Positions 1-15,200 of a stretch of 64,000 bases of DNA are shown here, one piece after another. The notes below the pieces were generated by a model that worked only from the letters and a program-made list of their open reading frames with translations, did not search any database and was not told where the DNA came from. The stretch comes from Chrysomallon squamiferum (Eukaryota; Animalia; Mollusca), in the NCBI GenBank assembly GCA_012295275.1, contig CM022668.1, positions 806,001 through 870,000 on the forward strand, in the 5' to 3' direction. The translations under genes were made by a program, and so were the position numbers. The stretch's first letter is position 1, and the number at the start of each line of letters is the position of its first letter.

Positions 1-308
1 AGAGGCAATCTTCAAAGTTATAATATAACATCATTATTTACATAACAAGAAAAATACAGAAACATGTAGCTGTCTGGATTAATTGACTGTTCATTCCTGT
101 TGTGTTATGTAAATATATTAGAATTTTCATTTTAGTTTTGTTTTATATCTAGTTACACAGTCAAGAACATACAGCTGCATGTGTCATATTATGAATATGG
201 ATAACAGTGACTCATATTTTTTGCAAAATACATTCTCCCCAAAATACACACAATCATAAAAAAAGTTATTTTTGTTCTCAATTTTATGGTTATTTTTAAT
301 ATTTTTAG

Positions 309-3300
309 ACACAATGGAAGACTGGGATGAAGCCAAACTGGAAGATGTTATAAAGAAAAAACATGGAGAAGCTGAGAAATCAAAACCTAAAACAGCCATT
401 GTAAGTTTTCATAATCTTGTATGTTTAACGTGTCAAATATAGTTATGTTATTAACAGAAAAACTATATTTTATTACTCCAGTGAGTTATGTTATTCTTCC
501 AGCTGCTGATAGCCATGAAATATAGCTGTATAAAATGGATACAAAAATTTAGGAATTAACATTGGCAGTTAACATATTTAAAGTTTAACATTTTAAAAAC
601 AAATTCACAGAACTGATTTTTATTTTATTTTGTTACAGATATGTAAATATTTTCTTGAGGCTGTGGAAAACAATAAATATGGTTGGTTTTGGAGTTGTCC
701 TAATGGAGGAGACAAGTGTATGTACAGACATGCTTTGCCACCAGGTATGCAATTATATCTTTATCTTTGTCCTTTTTACTATTAACAATTAGAGGTTTAA
801 TTAATGTGTAACCAAATAGCTAATACATTATAGGTAATCACAGGTTATTGTTTATTTGTTATTAATAGAGAATGATAGTATCACTGAAACTTTTTGTTAT
901 TTTTTATTATATTCAAAGCATAAATAAAACAACTGCTAAATACTGAAATATGCAAAATGAAAATAATTCATTACACTTTTGTTTAAGGTTTTGTGTTGAA
1001 AAAAGACCAGAAGAAGGATGAGAAAAAAGATACAATTTCACTTGAAGATTTAATAGAAAAAGAGGTAACAGGTTTTATTTGTTTATTTTAACGACTCAGA
1101 ATAGCTTTTTCATTATTGTTAGGTGAGAGTGAAATTAACAACTTAAAAAAAATTAAATATTGCTGTTATTAACTAAATATGTTAATTAATATTTTAAAAT
1201 ATAATTAATTGTTTTTTGGTTGTTGTTGTTTTTTTGCAGAGAGCTGCTTTAGGTTTTGAAACAACTCGTGTCACCCTAGAAACCTTTTTGAAATGGAAGG
1301 CAAGAAAAGTAAGTTGGTATAATATTATGAAGAAACTAGTCAGAGAAGAAACAGATTACATTTTAGTTTATCTTATGAATTGAATTATTCTGATACAAGT
1401 TGACAAAATAAGTTTATAACATCCAGATAAACACTATCTGACAACACAAATAAACTGATGTAAAGACATCATCATTACCTTCATAGAAATATGAAAAACA
1501 ACCATGACAGACTGAGTACTTAATTGTAATCTTATATCAGTATTGTTCTACACATTTATTTTTACATATCTATCAGATCTACATAATATCATATCCTGTA
1601 AAATTTATCATTATACTTTTGTCAGTTGCAGTAAACAAACAAAACATAAATTTGTATTTGAAAAGATTTAAGCAAAGTTTGTGTTAATGATTCTGATTTG
1701 TTACATAAAGTGACATTTTTTAATGTGTTTACAGAAGCAGGAAAAAATTGCAACAATTGTGGCTGAAAATGAGAAGAAGAAAACTGACTTTAAACAAGGG
1801 AAGATGTTGGGTGTAAGTATTTAAATCATCTGTTTAAAAACAATAATCAAACAAAATTATATAAAGATTAGTTTATCAATTAGTCAGTCATTTAGTCAGA
1901 AAAGGTTTGAAAATATTTCCAGCAAAAGTTACATACGTGTTTTATGAATGCAGCTTTATTAAACTCAGTTTCTCATTTTTTTCAAAGATATAACAGTTTA
2001 CTGGGAGCAATAGTTTGGTCTCAAGTAACATAATTTTGTAACAACATTGTCATGCACAGAAGTGTTTGTCAACAGAAGGTCCACTGCATAGAGAATTTCT
2101 GTTATGTTTCTGTTTCTGTTGATATAGGTTCAAACTTTGATCACATTTTTAAAAATAAAACAAGCAAGCAATCATATTTTTTATCCAAATTGCCAAATAT
2201 TTCAAAATAAAACCTGAATACTTTATTTTTATAATTTTCATTTAAACCTTTTTTCACAGATAAGTGGTCGGCAGATGTTTGAATTCAACCCAGAGTTGAT
2301 GAATGAGGATGATGAGGAAGCCGAGGCATGTGAAATTGAGAGAGATGATGAGGAAGATGAGGTAAAACACTTTGTGTAATTTTGTGTATCTTCTGCAGTT
2401 ACCACACTGAAGGTTTACATTTATGCATGTGGCATGAAATTAGGTTTCCTAACAAAAACACATCTTGTGTGACAGCCACTCAATATCTTTTAATAACAAA
2501 AAAAAGGCTCGCCAGAGACCTTTGTGTAGTAAGAACACATGTAGTTAACATCACTGGAGAACAAATTCTTTTTGCATTAACTGGGCTATTTTCCATTCCT
2601 GCCAGCACTTCACCATTGATTTTTATCAGTTTATAAGCTAACCTTATTTTATTTTTAGGATGATGTTAAAGTGGTAGAGATAAACCTGGAAACACTGTCA
2701 GCTCAGGCAAAAGAGGTGGATGGAACAGGTACACAGATGACAGCTGAGGCAAGAAGAGAGTTGGCAGAAAGATTAAAACCTGAAGAATCTGATAAAAATG
2801 ATGGTGAGTTTGTCTGTACAAATAGTGTAAACATTTAAAAAAAAATACATCTTTTAATAACAAACACTGTAAATTTCAAGTTCAAAATATTGGAGAGGTA
2901 TGAAAACTGTTTCTGATTTAACTGACCTCATTCTGTATAATGTATTGTGGTGTCATTAACGTTTTAGTCTGTGATAGACAAGCCCCCCTAGCTTGCATAT
3001 TAATTTATTCACTTTTCACTCAAGAAGATTCCGTTTACAAATTTGTATTATTTAGAAACCCTCCCTTACGAATATGGTGAGACTTGCCTGTGCGTTTTTT
3101 TTCTTAGACAACATTTACAACTTATTTTATAACAAAGGACATCTTTGGTAGTTTTATGATAAAAATATATTTAAAACAAATTTTTTTTATCAGTAAATAA
3201 TTGTAAATTGCCCATCACTTGCTTTAAATTTGAACTAGGCATCATTAAAATCCTTACATACTAGAATGTGAGTTTATCTAATAATGGAAGAGACAGTGAA

Positions 3301-3637
3301 TATAAAAATTTCTTTAAAACAATTGTTAGTTGAACCTGTATATTTTCACTCATTATATTTGACATCATTCCAGATTTAAGGTGGGGTTAGAAAATATTTA
3401 TTAAATATGTTGATGTATTCTTTTCTGTTTTTCATTTCTTTAGATGAGTCAGAAAAACTGGATATGGCTGGAGCATTACCAGGAGAAGAGAAAAAATTAA
3501 ATGGAAATGCTAAAGCAACTATAGGAACAGTTAATGGTGAGGTAGTTGCTGATGTACCCATTGATGAAGACTTGTTTGCTGGTGATGATATAGATTTTTT
3601 AGATGAAGATCTAGACAATTTGGAAGTGGAGGATTGA
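309..3637 (+). CDS. ZC3H15: Zinc finger CCCH domain-containing protein 15 (DFRP1/LEREPO4), 3' portion; 5' exons not identified in this window
   Basis: GT-AG exons 309-400, 639-744, 988-1064, 1240-1308, 1735-1812, 2260-2361, 2659-2803, 3444-3637 join in frame: [118 protein letters not shown]. Matches the second CCCH finger, DFRP domain and acidic tail of ZC3H15. Confidence 0.96.
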
Positions 3638-6600
3638 TGAAAATTTGTTTTGTTTTTTTTTTTTGTTTCTTTGAGGGTATTTTTCACTAAGATTGCTTCA
3701 TTTATTTTATTTTAATTTATTATTTTGTTTTTTTAAGATTGTTATTTAAAGGAAAATTAGTTCTGAAAAATTATTAGTACATCAATAAATTTTAAGGATT
3801 GATTAAAATTTGGTTGAAGCAGACTAGTAGTGATATGAACAAATAGGCTAATTCATGATTTGTGAACTTCCCAGTGATCATTTTATTTGTTTCTAGACCT
3901 CAGCCTTTCCTCACAGTAAATTAACATGATGATTCAAGCAGGAAAACCACATAAAGCAATTACTAAGAGAAATGAAATAAAATCTCCCCCAAAAATGTCA
4001 GTAAGTAATAAAAAAACAGCTACTGTGCAATGATTTATTAAGTTCTCAGATATTTTGATATGTCTTTGTATGAAATATTATCTGAAAAAAGGTAACATAA
4101 CAACCTCTATGATCAGGTAAATGTTTACTGTTACTTGAACATCTCTAGAAATAAGTTACAGTCACATTGATATTAATCATTTATTCACTTTTTTCCTTTT
4201 CTTTTTTTATAAATAAGACAACATTTTTATTTTCATTTACAAGAGGTTTTTACTACTGTTAGATTGTAAGAACATAATCTTGACATCACCAGACTGTGTA
4301 CATACATTTGTAGATAGCTGACTATTTCTTTGTCTTGGTTTGAGGACATGTATTGGCTTCATATTTTGTTCTGCATATTTTAATATACCCAATATTTAGC
4401 TGTAGTGAAGTGGCATTGGGCTAAATAATTTCTCAACATCCCACCAAATCTCAGCAGATACAAGAAGATTGTAACAAAGCGTTTGTTTTTGCTGTTGACT
4501 GTATTCAAATTTAATTTAGTATCTCACCACATTGTTTTGTATCTAGAAAGATTTTAGAATGTTCTGGGAAAATGGCATAAATCTGTTTTCATTGAAAAGG
4601 TCATAAATTACAGTTAAAAAAAAAAGAAGAACAATTAAGAAATATAATATTTACTAATATTTAAATTATAATTCCATTAATATAATATTGTTATGACACA
4701 ATTATAATATATTCAAATTGGTATTGAATTAAAAATACTGATATTTTTTCCTAACATGTTTTGGAATTTAAAATCCTTACAGGTGAAAGAACCACATTTG
4801 TAAAATTAAAAAACATTATCAGTAAATATTGTCATTATCATTTTTTATTTTTAATGACAATCCTTGAGGTTGCACTTTGCATTTTTCATTGTTGACTTGA
4901 TGCTTCTCAAATCATCTCTGCCATTAATTACCACACATGTAAAGTTGTTATGATAACCACACTTTGTTGTTATTACTGAAATGTTAATTAACTAAAGTTA
5001 AGTCTGGTTTAATATTAAATTTTGATCCCAACAGTAAGCTTTTAAAAAAATAAAATCAGAATGGTAGATTAAGATAAGTTTTAAGATTTTGTAATATTCA
5101 GTTATTAGTTTTCTGTATAAATGTGCTTGTTGAAGGATTTTATCAATAGTTGGTTCTTCTGTGGTTTTTTTTGTAAATTTTATATTCGTTTTAAATACAT
5201 TCTTTTCTTGACATATAAATATATACAGTGTTTTAACTTTACTTTTATTTCTCAAAATTGCTTTTGATGTCATTGAATCCTGGTTTTAAAAAATATCAGT
5301 GTTTTGCATTTTATTTTATTACTTGTTACTTTTCCCTTTTTTATAATCTCTAAACAGCAATATTTTAAAAATTTGTGATTTATTTATTTTTATTTCATTT
5401 TTGTCCATTAGAATAATAGAGTGCATTCAGAGACAAAAATAGAAGAACTTGCTAGATTATGACTTTTCAATTTAAGATGATCTTTTTGTTATATTTAATA
5501 TTGCTGTAAAATATCATGATTTCAACTTAGTGTATCTAAAAGATAGACTTCTGAAATTTGTTGAAAGGGGGGGGGAATCCTACTTAATTTTCTGAACCAT
5601 ATTATTAGAATCCCAGAAAATGTCATTGGGTTTCTTTATTTAAAATTACTAAAACAACTTGTCCTGTTAATGTTTGTATTTGTTATTTGAAAATGATTTT
5701 ACATGTAAAAATGCTTTGAAAAGAAATATATGCCTACAAATAAACCTTGTGTATATATATATATATATATATATATAATACCGAAACTGTTTCAGCGAGT
5801 TATTTCTTTACTCATTGTATTGTGACTTCCTTAGAAATGTTCTTTAAAGTAACAACTTTTGAAGAAATATTTGAGTTACAGTCACCTGAAATAAAGACCT
5901 TGATAACAAATATCCTAAATATATTTTACCTTCTTCAAAGAGTACTGAATGAAACACTGAGACACTTTATTGTGTTATTGTTATTATTATTATTATATTT
6001 CTTATTTACTTTTTTATTTTTATTATTATTTTGTTGGTTTTTTGGTTTGGTTGTAGGTTTTTTTATTTCTTTTAATTTTTAAAATTTTTAAAATTGTTTC
6101 TAAAGTCATAAAAAAAAAAAAAAAATGACGTAGAAGTTAGAATAAATCAAGACCAAACCATTACATCATAATTTCTTTACTAAATATAAACAAACATTTC
6201 CCATAACCAACAACAATTAGAATAATTTAAACAATAAAAATTAACCAAAAAAATGTGTGTATGCATAAATCAAAACATATTTGCATTGTGATGCAATTTA
6301 ATGTATAGAGGGCACTGACAAGTATGGAAAAGTTTACAAGCACACTAACCATCAACAGTTAAAAAGCAGCACAATTATTTAAAAATAATTATCAACAATT
6401 TTTTTATCCATTACTGATTTAAAAAAAATCGCTTATAATGTTGAAAAAGTTTATAATAGCTCTTGCTCCTCTTCTTTATTTAAATTAGATCAAAAACATT
6501 TCATTCACATTACACTGTTTTATATAACAATAGACTGATAATTAATTATATATCAGTCTCCTGTTGGTATACTGGTTCTGAATTGTATAACTCCAGTTTA

Positions 6601-7801
6601 AGAGCTGGGATAGCATCTATGAATAAACACTAATAGTTCCTAATACTATTTCTGAATACATTCAGTTGCAAAAATTTGATTAAACAAAATTTATATTAAA
6701 TACAAATTTTGTAATAATATTTCCATTCTAACTAAAATTACCAAAATAATTGCTCAAACTATATATATTTATTAAAACAATTTAATATATTAAAAAAAAA
6801 AGACAATAATCAGGTTTCAAACAAGTCAGATTTTTACTATGTAACTTTTCATTACCTTTTTGTAGGTAAACATCAAGAGGTTGACATTTTAAATTTACAT
6901 CAAATGTTTTTCCAAGAAATGTTTTGCATCAGAGAATTTTAAATAGGGCATTCAGCAACACAACTCAATAAGACTGAATGATTTCTACACATTTGTGTAT
7001 GTTTAAATATCCATAATAACATAACAATCTTTACAAAGTATTTGTAACAACCTTGCAGTAAAATATTAGATATTTTGTTATTTTAAATAAAGTAAACCAG
7101 ACTATTCAATAAAACAAGTGTCATAGAAAAACAGTATTCAGTTTCATTAGTAAGCTGATATTTTTTATATTTTTAAACATTTTATTATCAACAGATTACT
7201 GCTGTTTTCTGTTTAATTATAGACCATCTTTTACAACTTCAGTTCATTTTCATCAAATTTTAATTTATCCTTATTATATATCCTCTATTTGCATTGGTTT
7301 AATCTTTATGAAACCAGTTTGAGATTTTTAACATTATTATCATTTATTATGAAAATAATGTTTAGAATTTAAAATGTAAGTTTCCAATTTATCATTCTTG
7401 CTATTGTTTGATGATTATACTGAAAATAAACTGGTTTTGTATTTTAATATGTCACAGATTTTGATCATTATCTGTGAATGATATTACATTCAAATCTGAA
7501 AGAGGTAACTGAAACATGACATGGTAATTCACACCAAGAGGTTAAAACCACAGAAAGTTATTACTCCTAAATGGGCAATAAACTAAAAGAGCTTGTAACT
7601 GAGTTTGGTTTATACCTCCAATTCCTCCACTAATTCTTGATCCTCTTGTATCCAAAGTAAACATATTTGAATTAGCTGCCTTAGGAGCCAAAGTCTGCTG
7701 CTACTGCATGTAATAAAATTAAATTAGTAACATAAAAATTAAAAGAACTAATACGTTTTGATATTAAAAGATCACATTAAAATGAGAAAAAATAAAATTG
7801 G

Positions 7802-8945
7802 TCATCGCTGGAGTAGAATATGTTCTCTTAAACTGAGAGGAATTGGTAGCTTTGGTGTAACATTTGGCAAGTATCGACGACCAAGACAGGTCCGTATTTT
7901 ACATCGGCATATGTCTTTCAGCTTCCTGGGATTGCGACACAATGGCATCAACAGCTCATTCATCTTGTTATCCTGGCCAATACCTCTCACTAACTCACCT
8001 TTATTGTTTCGCAGCTCAAACTGTCCTGCAGCTCGGATTAACAACTCAAGACATGCATCATCCACTGCAGTGCCCAATCCCATCGCTTGCACAGTGGCAG
8101 CACGGACTAAAGGTGTCTCACCCCGCAAATTCTTCCAGTTAACACTGGCATTATATTCAAGTAGGATTTTGATCACTTCAAGATGGCCACGTTTAGCAGC
8201 CCAGCTAAGAGGTGTATCTAGATTATAATCTTGAATGTCAACATCTGCTCCATGTTGAAGGAGAAACTTGACACAGGAGACATTGTCTTTGAATGCTGCC
8301 CAATGCAGCGGTGAATCCCGGTTTCCATCACCACAGTTTATGTCTGCACCATACTGAAGAAGAATTTCTACGCAGAAAACATCTCTTTCTGCAGCATAGT
8401 GTAGAGCCATTCGGCCATAGCCATCAACTTGGTTTACCTAAAAATATAAAATAAAAAATTGAACCCAGTCCAAAAATTGAGAGAACCAAAAAAGCTTAGA
8501 AAAAAAATACCAAGAATAAATTTTAAAAAAGAGATACTATAATTATATCATTGGTATCAGATATAATTACATAAGATATTTCTTTATGGTATTAACTAGT
8601 TTCTTATTTTTCTACTAGATATTTCGTATCAATAAAATATTTCATTACATAGAATAAAAACATATAACTGTGTCTTTCACAGATATGTACATGAACAATA
8701 CCTACTTGTGCCCCTTTTTCCAGTAGTAACCTGAGTGCATAACTATCACTGACCATGCAGGCACAGTGAAGTGGTAGCAGAGTGCCATGTTGATGATTAA
8801 CATCAGCACCAGACTCAATCAGATCTTCAATATTGTCATTGGCCCCAGAACATGTGTGCCAATTACTAATGGCACGGATAAGTCTTTCTGACAAATGGTA
8901 TGTTTCTTGAACATTTTCCATCACATACCACATGTCACTCCACAT
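7802..8945 (-). CDS. ASB8: Ankyrin repeat and SOCS box protein 8
   Basis: Coding exons 8706-8945 and 7802-8437 (GT-AG, phase 0). MWYVM..LSERLIRAI..GADVN..HGTL.PLHCACMVSD, ankyrin repeats (ALHYAAE, PLHWAAFK, PLSWAAKRG) and C-terminal SOCS box (LKDICRCKIRTCLG..LPIPLSLREHIL) closely follow vertebrate ASB8. Confidence 0.95.
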
Positions 8946-9249
8946 AAAGAATCTGGAAAATAAAATGATTTTAAATATAGTTTGTTAAGAAAACAAATTT
9001 CAAACAAATAGTTCAAAATAATGTTATCTGCTTTACAATATGTAATAGGTCAAAATGAAAAATATAAATAGACCAGTTCCAAAATTTAAAAAACAAAAAA
9101 AACAATAAATATATCTCTGATAATTAAAATATGAATAAATTGTTTTAATTTTCACTAAGAATCTAGGATAATTTGAATAAAGATAACTTTTGAAACAATT
9201 TTTTTATTTTTTTATTGGAAACAATGTAAATACATTATGCACTTTTCCA

Positions 9250-10020
9250 CAGTAGGAAATGCATATAACATATCTCCTGGCGGTATGTTCCCAAAACTGG
9301 CAGTCTCCAGATTAGGTAAGCGGTGAGGTGTTGTAATCCACTTCCAGAAATGGGAAAACTGGCGTGAGCATATATGGCCAATTAGATGCATGGGGATAAT
9401 GAGATGTGTGAAGAACAGAGAGGGTGATTAACGAGATTAACCGTAATGAGCAGTGAAGAGCAGAGGTGAGTAGAGATTGCAAGAAAATTAATGTTTGGAG
9501 ACATGAAATTAATGTTATATCTCAGTAACACTTGCAGACAGGAAATACTACCAGAAGACAAGCACAAGCTCTTCCAGCTGGGATTGGAGTGTCACGTGTA
9601 CCCAGAACTGAATGTGTTTTCAAATTGTGGACAAAATACTGTTTAATAAAAGTACATCAATTAAGGTGATGGAACACCAATTAGTAAGGGTGAACAATAA
9701 ACTGCCAGAAATGAAACAATTGGCATGTCCAATTAAGATGTGTTATAATCTTACTGCCAGATTCGGGAATGCCAGAATCAGGAATAAATCCTCTTGGCAA
9801 ATCAAGTCTGGAATGGTAAACAGCTAATTCTAAAGAAGTGATCTGGTTAACTTCAGAATGAATGACAAAGAAAATGACAGGCATAAAACAGTTACGGTGT
9901 GAATCTATTGTGAAACCAGTGAAGCTTAAGATTCAGTGACCTAATCCTGGTGGGGCCCCAGAAGCAACTTTAGTGCACACTGAGTGGAAATTTTAATCCA
10001 AATCAGTGATGCCATGATAA
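9250..10020 (-). mobile_element. Degraded transposon-like island, possibly a DIRS-type remnant, upstream of the ASB8 coding exons
   Basis: Abruptly higher GC than its flanks; broken minus-strand peptides (MASL.., NWTCQL, GTYRQ) loosely resemble DIRS RT/MT/recombinase segments. No intact ORF. Confidence 0.25.
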
Positions 10021-10469
10021 AAAATTTAAAACATTTATGATGATCTGTCATGAAACAAAGCCCACAGAAGAAAAAACGGTGGTTACCAAGAACTTTTGTT
10101 TCATATTACAAGACACCTGATTTTTCTAATCATTCTACTAGTATTACATCAGATATATGTCTTATACGGAACAATTTCAATCACCCTATTTCACATAATA
10201 CAATCATGACAAAGTAATTTCAATGTTATTATTCTTTCCCCCAGCCCTCAAATACAGGAACCTAAAATAGCTTTGGCTAATAAATATACCAAATTGAAGG
10301 AAATTAATTTGTTTGGGCAACAATTCGCTGAAGACAAACACAGCTAATACAGATAGGAAGAAATAAAACGGTTTCTGTATGTGATAACAATAAAAATGTA
10401 AAGGGTTTGAGATCGTCTCAGTTTTTGCCCTCTGTATTATGCATAATAGTGTATTTCTAAACATTTTGA

Positions 10470-10670
10470 CAAACTTACATAGCATTCTATAAGAATGTCC
10501 TTTCGCATTTCATAGTAACCACGATTAGTTAATTTTCAGACATGTTTTTTCTTCTTATAATAACCTGCTTATAATAATAATATTTAAAAATAAAAAATAT
10601 CGGTAAAAAGGTAAACAAATATTTGTGCTGATCTGCCAGAACGTCTGACCCCGAACCGGAAGTAAATGTT
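10470..10670 (-). promoter_or_regulatory. Probable ASB8 non-coding first exon and promoter with ETS site
   Basis: Minus-strand donor GTAAGT near 10473-10478, acceptor 8 nt before the ATG (8953-8954), local CpG increase and CCGGAAGT (ETS/GABP consensus) at ~10656-10663. Confidence 0.45.
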
Positions 10671-11994
10671 CCCCTATACTACTACCTAAAACGCAAATAC
10701 AATTATAACTCCAAACATTTAATAGTATGATGACAAACAAACAGAAAATCTAATTTTAAAAAGAAATTGTCATAAATAAATATTTTAAATATTTTAATAT
10801 TATATATTAATATGTAAATGTAATTGTTTTATAGTGTAAATAAATAGATGTCTATAATAATATTCATCAGATAAGAGGCAAGAGGTAACCTACAAGATCA
10901 AAGGTAACTGAAATTAAATTTTCTTACTGATAGACGTAGCAGTAATAGTAAAAGCATTATTATTTTTGCTATTACTGCTGCTTCTACCGGTAAACCTGCT
11001 CCTGGTTCCTCTACTACTATTACTGCAGTAGAATAGTTTTAAAAAGTATATTTTTCCACTTTGAATTCGATAAAATATATTATAAAAAACATAAGATTAT
11101 AACGCCCCTGAAGTGTATTAATTCAAACATTCGTATTCCGAATACAAATATGTCTAATTACTGCATTCATAATGAAACTAAGTTGCTAAAATGACATTAT
11201 TCCACCCGCTCTTACACACCTCCAACAACGAATACACAACCGTTAACGATCTTTCATAATTTTAGTAGCACTTTCTATCACCTTCTGATAACATTTCAGA
11301 ATATTATTATTGTACCAACGTTTGCTTGATATATAGTCGCGTCTGTTAAATTATTGTAGAATATAAACTGATTTATTTTATATTTAGTTCTTTACTGTAG
11401 TAAGATACTGGTTCGTATAAACTGTATGCTTCTAGCATATGCTATAGAACTTTTAATTATCATTTCCTATAACTAATACATCTCGTATTTCTTTATTTTT
11501 TATTTTATTTATAAATTTATTTATATATTTATTTATTTATTTATTTTTGTATTTTGCAGCATTTTCTTTTCTTTCTTTATTTTTTGCTTGTTATTTTATT
11601 TAATTCCATGAAAGATACGTAGTTCATTTTATAAATGTTATTCATCTATCAAAACATATCCCTGATCTTTCACAAAGCAAAGCTAATGTTACTGTCAAGT
11701 ACTACAGTTTCTGCCATTTCCAGAACATCATCTTTATTTTATTTACTTTTTATTAATATTATTAATCACTGTTAAATTTGCATAAACATCTCTAGCTAAC
11801 TGTCACAGATCTGTCTGTATAATCCTTTCTGTACATACTGCGTGCCGAGCTTACAGTATCACGTGACTGATTGATTTACGTCGACACACGTAACAAGTCA
11901 GTTAACGTATGGGCACGCTCCTTTAAGTTCCAGCAATGCTTTTGGATTTCATTCTAGTCGAAATAAGCGTCCTGAATTGATGTTTACATCAGAC

Positions 11995-13611
11995 ATGAAT
12001 GTTTTGTTTGGTTTGGTTTTTGTGAGTGGTGTTTTTGGTCAGCTACCAACACCCTGCACGACCCCATCAGAGATGCAGGTATCTACCAAATGAATACAGT
12101 TTCAAAATAATTTCAGAGAAATACTATAATAATAGTAATAATAATAATTTTTGGTTCTTTATTGAAAAATAAATCATATAAATATAATAAATTTATTTTT
12201 TCTCTCTTATTTTTTATTTATTTATTTTTATTTATTTTCATTTTTATTTTATTTTTTTATTGATAGTGAATATTTCCTTTATAGTTATGTGTGTGTGTGT
12301 GTGTGTATGTGTATATATATATATATACTTTTTAATTTATAGTTCGGTGCTTTTCAAGTTGATCATTTGAAGAATACGGTTACGAGGGTTCTTGTCGAAT
12401 ATGATGCCCCAAATGAGAGAATTGCTTTTACAGAAATGGACGCTTTCCCAACAAAACGACAGTAAATGTTTAACAGAATCGTAAATATAACTGTGCAACG
12501 AAAGAAATTAACAATCAAATCACATTTTTTATTTTTTATTTACTTATTTATTTATTTTAAATTATTGAATTATTTAACAATCAGCGATCACTGATATACA
12601 CTGAAAGACAAAAAGAAAAATCAACGCACTTAATTATTTTTTATTTAATATTTATCTGCAATAATTATTTTTATATGTCATGAAGTTTAACTGAGTTAAT
12701 ATCGCAATTACTATGTCGTATTTGTGGATGTAGCTGTTGTTGTTGTTGTTATTTCAGGCTCCACTCAATGATATTTCTGCACAGAGAACATGTATTGTTT
12801 GATATTAACTTGGCAACTAAGACCTGTAAGAAGATCCCACTGAAGCGGCCGTTCAGACAGTTTGCTGTTGACAAAAACGCCAGTTTCGTCACGGACCTGA
12901 CAGTGGGCGGACCAGAGGAAGACATCCTTGCTCAGGCGTGGACTTCTCAGACAGAACGTAAGAACTCATTTCAGCTAGGTAGCAAAAAAAACAACATGTC
13001 ACACACATCTTCTTTTTATTTATTTATTTATTTGAAATAAAATATCTTTTCATGCAGAAAAAATAGTACAAAAAAGTGAGAATGAATAACAGAAATTAGA
13101 CCCAGCAAATATATCACAGTTTCCTGTTTTTGAAAATGGTATTAATTCAGCTTCACCAATTACTTCATCATGTTTTTAGTAGTTTTACTTGGTAATTTAC
13201 TCTGTCTCTCTGTGTATGACCGGCTAATTTGTAAATATATAAGTACATTGATAGAAGTATAAAAAATATTAAATTTAAATATATAAGTACCGTGGCTTAC
13301 ATTTAAATATATCAAACCGTTAATATTTAATATTTGAATATTACGTACTTTGAATGTTATATAATATTTTTATTATTATTATTATTTATTTATTTTTCTT
13401 AAGTTTAATAAAAGTAAATAATATAATTTCAGATGAATTATGGGTTGGAGTTTTCAGTGTTCAGAACTGTTTTCCAATTCGAATTCACTTGTTTCATGAT
13501 GGTATGTCCACTGATTCATCTTCGACTGATTTCTACGACGTTGTGGCCGGCGTGGTTGATCCCGGTGCTTTTGTTCCGCCACCAGAATGCGAACAGTATG
13601 TGGACATGTAA
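11995..13611 (+). CDS. Ependymin-related protein (EPDR family), copy 1, with signal peptide
   Basis: Exons 11995-12078, 12343-12461, 12758-12957, 13433-13611 splice in frame. Signal peptide MNVLFGLVFVSGVFG-QLPTPC; family motifs EYDAPNERI, KTCKK, NASF..VGGP, W.G.FS..NCFP, FYDVVAGVVDPGAFVPPPEC; four conserved Cys; AATAAA at 13635-13640. Confidence 0.92.
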
Positions 13612-14019
13612 ACATACGGACAAATTTTATTGTGAATAAAGTTATTCATTTAAAACAGTATAGTGTACTTTGCATTTCTTTTCATTTATTATTTATTTGT
13701 CTATTATTTTGAGTGAAAAAGGAAATTCAGTATTAATATTTAGACAGAATAAAAGACGGAATGAATTTAAGAACAAAAGAATGAAACAAGAACAAATTAA
13801 AGAAGGAAACTAAAGTTTAAAAGGTTTCAAATAACACACCATTGTACATACTATATGCATTACCTTTCTGTTATTTACAAATAATTCTCTTAAAATATTT
13901 TTAATATTTATATATATATATATAGATAGATAGATAGATATAATATATAAAAGAAATAACAATATTAATAATATAAGTTTTGCATCGAAATGAGAAACTC
14001 TGAGATTTAAATTAATGGC

Positions 14020-15200
14020 AGCTGAGCAGTATCGATTTTCTTATAATGACAGAATACGAGGCGACAGACATGTATATTATAACTTAGCGTAAATTTCGCG
14101 TAAATAAAAAGAATTTAGAGAGAACATACTGGAAATGTGTTAACTGCAATGCAGAGTCTACGTTGTGACTGTGGACAACATATTGCAGATGGCAGAACAG
14201 ATGCAGCACAAGCACGTGACGGTGCCATTGATTAAACACGTAGACGCATTCAAGGCAAAACTCACTGACCGGGCTAAGACGGAAACAACGCCTATTCCGA
14301 AGATTTACTGCGATGAAATCTCTAATCTGAGGAAGAGCTTTGACGATTTATTAGTCGAGACTTCTCATTTTAGTTGTTTTGTGAGGCTGATATGTTAAAA
14401 CTTGGGTATTGTTGTATATCATTTTAAAATTTTGTTTTATTTTATTTATTTGTAATACCCATAAAATAACAAGAGACGATATTTTCCTCAGTACCCAAGC
14501 TTTTCGATCAGTTATATACTATCCATCCCGAATCTCAGCGACAATATTCTCCCCCTCGTGTTTTCTCTTCTCCCCAGCCGTACAGAATACATACACGTAC
14601 CGACTTTCCAATTCATCCAATAGGCTAATGACCTAGGATTTCATTTTGTTCCTAGGACGTTTGAAGAGGACTCTGAAATATCTGTTCACAACGCTGCATG
14701 CACTGTATTCCGCATCACATAACTGAGAGGCTGTTTTTTCATTACACTCAGAGTATTTGGCGTCGTTCCCACAAAAAGAAGGAATAGCACCACATTATAC
14801 TGAAAACGATGATCTACAAAAGATGGTAGTTCCTCTGGATAAAGTTGAGGATGTTTATTATGACACAGTCCCCAGGAGAAGGTAAAATTAATGATGGACT
14901 ATGTCACTAACACCAGGATACAAGGTCAGTGGACACAATAAATGTGGAATTACCATGGCAGTGACAGTCACCGGACAAATAACTATTTGGAAGAATGGCA
15001 CCATAAAATCAATCAGATCGCACAAAAGAGTCATCCGAACATATTTTGGTAGTTCTGTTAAACGTGAGCAGTCTACAGTAGGAGTCAAACTACAGCAGTT
15101 AGATGGTCACTGACAAGCTCCAGCATGAAAACACAAATACTACGCTACAAGAATCTGGTCTCTGAAAGACGAGTTGATCAGCAACAACATCACAGACATG
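14020..15200 (+). mobile_element. Decayed Mutator-like (MULE) DNA transposon with FLYWCH-type zinc finger and MULE transposase remnants
   Basis: Frame-broken peptides: TYWKCVNC..H.H..KAKLTDRAKTETTPIPKIYCDE (14120-14340), LRGCFFHYTQSIWRR (~14720-14766), RTNNYLEEWHHKINQ..HPNI..KREQ (14972-15075), typical of animal MULE transposases. Confidence 0.8.
14394..14472 (+). repeat. 79-bp direct repeat, copy 1 (copy 2 at 15720-15798)
   Basis: gttaaaactt(g/a)ggtattgttgtatatcatttt...gtaatacccataa(a/c)ataacaa, two mismatches between copies. Confidence 0.9.
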
